Of a stretch of DNA of 64,000 bases, positions 58,617-64,000 are shown in pieces. The notes beneath the pieces were generated by a model. The model was not told the origin of the DNA. It ran no database searches and was given only the letters and a program-made list of their open reading frames with translations. Source of the stretch: a plasmid; the sequence record NZ_CP024426.1, one strand, 5' to 3'. Every line of letters starts with the position of its first letter. The stretch's first letter is position 1. Both the position numbers and the translations under genes were made by a program.

Positions 58617-59540
58617 ATGCGCGAACTTGTCTTGCTGCGGACCCATATCTTTGACGAGGCCACGCGCAGCTTCTGCGACTATCTGCGCGAGACTTCGGGG
58701 CGCGACGTGGCGCTGATCTGCGAAGAAGGGGGCGGGCCGGTCGACGTCGGCAAGGGCCGCGCCAAGATCGGCCTGGACCGCGCCCATGTCGAGGCGATGG
58801 GCCTGCACACGCCCAAGAACTTCGGCTGGCTCTGCGGCGATTACTTCCTTTACGTCGGGATGCAGGCGCTGCCCCATTACGACCGTTACTGGCTGGTCGA
58901 ATACGACGTGCGGCTGAGCTTTGCCGAAGCGCGCGAGTTCTTCGACCTGTTCGCCGATCCCGGCGTGGATTTCCTGGCCTTCATGATGCACGAGGCCGGC
59001 CCGAACTGGAACTGGCACGCGGTCATGCTGCCCTTCAGCCCCCGCGTCCACGCCTGCAACTTCTCGATCGTGGCCGCCAGCCGCAAGGCGCTGGACCATG
59101 CGCTGGCGGCGCGGCGGCGCATGTCCCAGGGCTTTGCCGAAACCCAGGCCCAGGACCCGGCGCGGCGCTGGCCGAACGACGAATCCTTCATGGCGACGCT
59201 GCTGAACGAAGGCGGCTTTCGCTGCCGCGGCCTGAACGGCATGGGCCGGCGCCTGTCCACGCCCGAAACCTATCGCGAAGGCGCGCCCATGTCGCATCGC
59301 CGCATTGCCGGGATGACGCCGAACGGGATGGTCTATCACCCGGTCCATGTCGGCGAACGCTTCCTGCGCAAGGCCGACAGCTTTGTCCAGATGCACGAGG
59401 GGCGCGGCATCAGCCTGGCCCGGGCCGAGGCGCTGTTCACCCAGGAGCTGCGCGACGACATCCTGCTGGAAGGCGGGCCCGAGGCGCTGGCGCGCCACGA
59501 CCGCCGCATCGCCGCGCTGAAGCAGCGCCTGACTGCCTGA
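58617..59540 (+). CDS. Hypothetical protein (307 aa), no recognised domain
   Basis: ATG with GGGAG 8 nt upstream; coding-like composition; co-oriented with the downstream sulfotransferase and glycosyltransferase genes. Confidence 0.55.
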   Translation: MRELVLLRTHIFDEATRSFCDYLRETSGRDVALICEEGGGPVDVGKGRAKIGLDRAHVEAMGLHTPKNFGWLCGDYFLYVGMQALPHYDRYWLVEYDVRLSFAEAREFFDLFADPGVDFLAFMMHEAGPNWNWHAVMLPFSPRVHACNFSIVAASRKALDHALAARRRMSQGFAETQAQDPARRWPNDESFMATLLNEGGFRCRGLNGMGRRLSTPETYREGAPMSHRRIAGMTPNGMVYHPVHVGERFLRKADSFVQMHEGRGISLARAEALFTQELRDDILLEGGPEALARHDRRIAALKQRLTA

Positions 59541-59629
59541 CGAAGGGGCCCGGTCTTTCGACAGGCCGCGCGTTGGGCTAAGGCTGGACCCGGGCCCGCG
59601 CGGCCCCCTGCCCCAGGAGTCGTCCAGGA

Positions 59630-60361
59630 ATGCCAGCCTATCGCCATCTTTACGCCCCGCAGGGGGGGTACGTGTTCGTCGTCACCTATGGACGCTCGGG
59701 CTCGACCCTGACGCAGAACCTGCTGAACGCGATCCCCGGCTATGCCATCCGGGGCGAGAATGCGAACCTGACCCATCTGTTCGCCAAGGCCATCCACCTG
59801 GTGCGCGAACACGAGATGTTCCGCTGGCGCCGCGAGGACCTGGAAAAGCCTCGCGACGAACGGCGGCCCTATCTGAAACCCATCCTGGGCAAGCCCTGGG
59901 ACCCCTGGGCCGGCGCCGAAAAGGTCGATCCCGACCAGTTCAGCCTGGCCCTGATGGATCTTTTCGTGCGCCAGGTGCTGCGGCCGCCCAAGGATTGCCG
60001 GGTCAGCGGCTTCAAGGAGATCCGCTTTCACGAGGACGCGGCCTTTTTCCGCGACCACCTCGACATCATGCGCACCGTCTTTCCCAAGGCGCGCTTCCTG
60101 TTCCAGCGCCGCAACCACGAGGCGGTCGCCAAGTCCAGCTGGTGGGCAAAGCAGCCGCGCGAAAAGGTCTTTGCCCAGTTGCGCCAGGCCGAGCAGCTGT
60201 TTCTGGCCTATGCCGCGGCCCATCCCGACTGCGCGATGATGCTGGACTACGAAGGGCTGGTCTCGGGGCCCGACTATATCCGCGGCATGCACGATTTCCT
60301 GGGCGAAGCGATGGACCGCCAGGCGGTCGAGGCGGTGCTGGCCCGCAGCCTGCGGCACTAG
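59630..60361 (+). CDS. Sulfotransferase family protein (Stf0-like, PAPS-dependent)
   Basis: 5'-PSB P-loop VVTYGRSGSTL near the N-terminus; size about 240 aa; AGGAG upstream. Confidence 0.7.
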   Translation: MPAYRHLYAPQGGYVFVVTYGRSGSTLTQNLLNAIPGYAIRGENANLTHLFAKAIHLVREHEMFRWRREDLEKPRDERRPYLKPILGKPWDPWAGAEKVDPDQFSLALMDLFVRQVLRPPKDCRVSGFKEIRFHEDAAFFRDHLDIMRTVFPKARFLFQRRNHEAVAKSSWWAKQPREKVFAQLRQAEQLFLAYAAAHPDCAMMLDYEGLVSGPDYIRGMHDFLGEAMDRQAVEAVLARSLRH

Positions 60362-60564
60362 GTCAAGCATCGCCCCCTGATCGGACGGTCGCCGTGGTTC
60401 GGAACCGCACGGTTTCGTGACTGGCCCTCTGGCGCCGTCGACGATTTGCCGCTAGGCAACGGTTCAGCCGGAGAGGAGGCGTCACGCCCCCTCGCCACGG
60501 GCAGACTATATGCTAGATTGACAATCCTTAGACGGATAATTGCAGACTGCAGGGTAATTGGTCC

Positions 60565-61986
60565 ATGATCTCGTTTGTTGTCGATGAGCGCGTGCAGGAT
60601 ATGGTCCGCGCTCTTCTGCCCAAGAACGTGACACTTGAATCCATCGCATTGGCTGACACCTCGGCCCGACGCGACGGTCCGGTTTCGCGGCCCGCCCTGG
60701 CGGCGGTGGCACTGGCCGGCCACGCCGAGACGATGCGTGCGGCCCTGGCCGAGGGCCCGGATGCCCAGGCCATGATCGTCGAGCTGGATCCCGCCCGACC
60801 CGAAGCCGCCTGCGCGACCCTGCTGGGGATTTTCGCGGACGAGGTCGCCGCAGCCCATCGCCGTACCGGCGAGGCCCGGGCCATCGCCGCGCAGTTTCGC
60901 GCTGACAGCCTGACCACCACGACCCGCCTGCGCGAAATCGAGAACCTGCTTTACAGCCTGGGCAACCCGCAGCTGGTCAGCACCCTGGCCTGGCCGCCCA
61001 CCGGCCGGATGCTGGTGCTTGAACCCGGACAATCCGTCGAACAGGCGCTGCCCCTGAACGCGGTCAGCCTGTCGGCCATCGACCTGTGGTTCCCGCAGGT
61101 CGTGCTGCCGCAGATCGGCGATCTGGCCGCGGAAATCCGCGATGCCTCGGGCCAGGCGCATGTCCTTTATGCCGCCATCCCCGACATGGGGATCGAGACG
61201 GGCTGGGTGCGGTTTGTCCTGGACGAGCCCGTCGCCGGCGTCGGCCGCGATTGCCGGCTGCGCCTGGCCTGGACGGGCGGCGAGGACCTGACCATCGGCC
61301 TGGGCCTGCCGGTGCCCGACCCGCGGTTCCGCGCCGGGATCTCGGCCGGCACCGCGCCCGAGGAAACGCTGGCCCTGCGGGTCTGGCAGTCGCTGGGCGG
61401 CGTGCGCCTGCCCGCCTGCACCCCGGCCTTTACCGGCGGCGGCACGACCACGATCCGCCGGGCGGAATTCGTGCTGCCTTCGGCCCTGCCCCGGCCCGAG
61501 GTTTTCGCGCTGCCCATGACGGCCCAGGACCATGTCTCGACCGATTTCTGGTCGAAAGAGGATGCGATCTTTGTCCACCCCTCGCGCCAGGGGGCCGTGT
61601 GCGCGATCATCCGCGGCGTGGATCTGGCGGGGCTGTCGCATGTCGCGGCCCTGGTGACGGTGGGCCATGCCCGCGCGCCCAACCTGAACTTCGCCATCGG
61701 CGTCGCCCCGCATGGCCGGGTGGACGAGGACGGCTTCTGGCAGCGCCGCCTGGGCCCCTGGGTCACGGGCCTGCCGGCGCGCGGCTGGGGCCAGGCCCAT
61801 TGCATCCCGGTCGAGCCGATCACCGGCAAGGCCGACATCCTGATGGCCGTGTCGCTGGCGACGGATGTGCCGAACGACCTCAGCTGGGGCCTGTTCCGGG
61901 GCTTCCGCTTCTCGCGCGGCGACGATGCGGCGGCGCAGGACGAAGCCCAGGGTCACAGCAGCCCGGCGCGGGAAGCCGCGCCATGA
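60565..61986 (+). CDS. Hypothetical protein (473 aa; may belong to a DUF family found beside glycosyltransferases)
   Basis: No catalytic motif recognised. Stop overlaps the GT2 gene start (ATGA). Confidence 0.5.
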   Translation: MISFVVDERVQDMVRALLPKNVTLESIALADTSARRDGPVSRPALAAVALAGHAETMRAALAEGPDAQAMIVELDPARPEAACATLLGIFADEVAAAHRRTGEARAIAAQFRADSLTTTTRLREIENLLYSLGNPQLVSTLAWPPTGRMLVLEPGQSVEQALPLNAVSLSAIDLWFPQVVLPQIGDLAAEIRDASGQAHVLYAAIPDMGIETGWVRFVLDEPVAGVGRDCRLRLAWTGGEDLTIGLGLPVPDPRFRAGISAGTAPEETLALRVWQSLGGVRLPACTPAFTGGGTTTIRRAEFVLPSALPRPEVFALPMTAQDHVSTDFWSKEDAIFVHPSRQGAVCAIIRGVDLAGLSHVAALVTVGHARAPNLNFAIGVAPHGRVDEDGFWQRRLGPWVTGLPARGWGQAHCIPVEPITGKADILMAVSLATDVPNDLSWGLFRGFRFSRGDDAAAQDEAQGHSSPAREAAP

Positions 61987-64000
61987 CCCCCGCCCCGGAG
62001 GACGGCGCCCCGCAGGCCAGGCCCCCCGTCATCAGCGTCGTGGTCCCGATCAAGGGCCATCCGGTCCTGCTGGACGACGCCCTCGCCTCGGCCCACCGCG
62101 AGATCGCGACGGGCGCGATCCAGCGCGTGATCGCCGTCGACGACGGCTGCGCCTATGCCGAAACCCGCGAAAGCCTGGCCGACTGGCAGGCGGTGCTGGG
62201 CGACCGGATGCTGGTCCTGCACTGCACCAACGGGGGCCTCAGCGCGGCGCGCAACCGCGGCATCGCCGCCGCCCTGCGGCGCGACCCGGACCTGGACGCG
62301 ATCTTTCTGCTGGACGCCGACAACATGCTGGCGCCGGGCGCGGGCGCGGCCATGCGGCGGCTGCTGGACAGCGCCCCGCAGGCCGACTGGTTCTATCCCG
62401 ATTTCGACTTCTTCGGCCAGGACGGGCACTATATCACCGAACGCGCGTATGACCTTCTGTTCCACGCTCGCATCAACCTGTGCGAGGCCGGCAGCCTGAT
62501 CCGGCGCCGCGTGTTCGACGCCGGCGTCCGCTTCGACGAGACGATGAAGCGGGGCTACGAGGATTGGGATTTCTGGCTGTCGGCAGCCCAAAAGGGGTTT
62601 CGCGGCCAGGCCGCCGCCCAGCCCCTGCTGCTTTACCGCAAGCGCCCGGTCAGCATGCTGAGCAACTCGCATGACCTGGACGCCGAACTGCGCCGGCACC
62701 TGGAACAAAAGCACGACTGGCTGTTCAACACCCCCAAGCTGCTGGCGCTCGAGGCCGCGCGCTTTCCCCGCTTTGCCGTGATCGAGGGCGAAGGCGCCAC
62801 CCTGCGCCTGCAGACCGACCCCGGCCAAAGCCGCGACATCACCCTGGCCGAGCTTGAGCGGCAGATCATGGCGCATCTGGCCGAGCCCTTCGCCAACCAC
62901 GCGCCGGCCTATCTGGTGTTCCTGCGCGACGGGGTTTCCGACCGGCTGCAGGACCACCGGCTGCTGCACAGCTTTTTCTGGAACGCCGAGCGGCGCTGGA
63001 CCCGGGCCTGGGAGCGGCCCCAGCTTGACCTGTTCTTCCTGGACCCCGCCACCTCCGGCTATCGGATCGACAGCGACATGGGCAACCCCGACCGCCAGGC
63101 CGATGGGGTGGTGATCGACCTGGCCGCGGTGCGCGACCTGCTGGCGGCCCCCGAGGACGCGTTGCGCCGGCTGGACCATACGCCGACGGATTTTCGCGTC
63201 CGCAGCTGGGGCATGGCGCTGGAGCACATGGCTCGGCTGGACCGCAGGACGGCCAGCGCGCAGGAACTGCTGCGCGGCTTCATGCTGCAACTGGCGCGCA
63301 GCCGGTTCCGCGCCGCCCTGGGCCAGCCTTGGGAATGGCGCGCGCAGGGGGGTGCGGTGGACCGCGCCACAGCGGTCGAAATCCCCCGCAAGCCCTCGGC
63401 CGGGGGGGTGGTCTTTCCGCTGCTGAAACAGGCCGGGCTTCGGGATGTGGGCTTTGTCCTGCCGATCTTCGACTTCGGCGGGGTGGAAAAGGTCGCGGCC
63501 TCGATGGCGCGCGAACTGGCGCAGAACGGCTATCGCTGCCACCTGTTCGTCATCAGCGACCGGCCGATCCATCCCGACAGCTGGGCGCTGCAAGCCTTCG
63601 CCACGGTGAACTGGATGCCCGACGCCAGCGCCATCGACTGGACGGGTACCGAGTTCCTGGGCACGGCCGAACCCAGCTGGGGCAATCCGCAGGAGCGGGC
63701 CGACCTGATGGGCCTGCTGTCGTCGATGGACGTGATCGTCAACGCCCATTCCGGCGCGCTGCACAAGGTCGCCGACCAGCTGCGCCGGCGCGGCATCACC
63801 ATGATCGACCACGAACACCTGCTGGAACGCAGCACCTATGGCCGCAGCTATGGCCCGCCCAAGCTGGCCCTGGCCTATGAATATGCCTATGACCTGATCC
63901 TGACCTGCTCCGAGGCGCTGCGGGTCTGGATGCACGGGCAGGGCGTGCCGCGCGAAAAGCTGATGGCGGTGGTGAACGCGCCCGGCTACCCCCTGCCTTC
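61983..64000 (+). CDS. Bifunctional glycosyltransferase: N-terminal GT2 (GT-A) domain fused to a C-terminal GT1/GT4-like (GT-B) domain; partial, continues past the window end
   Basis: Hand-translated frame from the ATG at 61983: ISVVVPIKG, VDDG, NGGLSAARNRGI, LLDADN, YEDWDFW (GT2). Later VVFPLLKQAGLRDVGFVLPIFDFGGVEKVAASMARELAQNGYRCHLFV (GT-B N-domain). No stop before 64000. The opposite-strand 660-aa ORF is a shadow. Confidence 0.75.
   Translation, partial: MTPAPEDGAPQARPPVISVVVPIKGHPVLLDDALASAHREIATGAIQRVIAVDDGCAYAETRESLADWQAVLGDRMLVLHCTNGGLSAARNRGIAAALRRDPDLDAIFLLDADNMLAPGAGAAMRRLLDSAPQADWFYPDFDFFGQDGHYITERAYDLLFHARINLCEAGSLIRRRVFDAGVRFDETMKRGYEDWDFWLSAAQKGFRGQAAAQPLLLYRKRPVSMLSNSHDLDAELRRHLEQKHDWLFNTPKLLALEAARFPRFAVIEGEGATLRLQTDPGQSRDITLAELERQIMAHLAEPFANHAPAYLVFLRDGVSDRLQDHRLLHSFFWNAERRWTRAWERPQLDLFFLDPATSGYRIDSDMGNPDRQADGVVIDLAAVRDLLAAPEDALRRLDHTPTDFRVRSWGMALEHMARLDRRTASAQELLRGFMLQLARSRFRAALGQPWEWRAQGGAVDRATAVEIPRKPSAGGVVFPLLKQAGLRDVGFVLPIFDFGGVEKVAASMARELAQNGYRCHLFVISDRPIHPDSWALQAFATVNWMPDASAIDWTGTEFLGTAEPSWGNPQERADLMGLLSSMDVIVNAHSGALHKVADQLRRRGITMIDHEHLLERSTYGRSYGPPKLALAYEYAYDLILTCSEALRVWMHGQGVPREKLMAVVNAPGYPLP

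Noticed and set aside
61953-63935. 660-aa minus-strand ORF
   Set aside because: Shadow of the plus-strand GT2-GT4 gene, which has clear GT2 motifs in the frame starting at 61983.

Overview
The window is high-GC DNA (about two-thirds G+C by eye, not computed), densely coding, with gene content typical of an alphaproteobacterium of the Rhodobacterales type. That assignment is an inference from gene content only. Main blocks: (1) 1-8.8 kb: DUF3140/DUF983 genes, an RTX calcium-binding protein with an unusually long AT-rich leader, a PQQ sugar dehydrogenase, cytochrome b561, and a CDP-alcohol phosphatidyltransferase plus LtaS/sulfatase-like membrane protein pair. (2) 8.8-13.2 kb: an SsuA/NMT1-type ABC importer with a fused double permease, translationally coupled to a GT4 glycosyltransferase. 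(3) 13.3-19.7 kb: two tandem multi-PAS hybrid histidine kinases. (4) 19.7-21.4 kb: a nested scar of IS30- and IS256-family transposase fragments. (5) 21.5-34.3 kb: the most unusual locus, a minus-strand operon in the order RTX protein, large unknown protein, GT4, paralogous large unknown protein, GT4, type I secretion ABC transporter, HlyD adaptor, CatB-type acetyltransferase, with a second divergent RTX gene next to it. (6) 34.4-47.6 kb: a complete ectoine/hydroxyectoine uptake and catabolism cluster (enuR, ehuABCD, eutABC, doeABCD), in which eutB is frameshifted inside a G9 run. (7) 47.6-57.7 kb: an XRE-cupin regulator and dimethylglycine-dehydrogenase-like gene, nadCBA, an animal-haem-peroxidase family gene, and a GSU2403-type nucleotidyltransferase-fold protein. 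(8) 57.8-64 kb: a LuxR solo, a hypothetical, a sulfotransferase, a DUF protein and a GT2-GT4 fusion glycosyltransferase, which together suggest a sulfated glycoconjugate. No rRNA, tRNA or CRISPR was seen. Two frameshifts fall inside poly-G runs, so homopolymer sequencing error is a real possibility.
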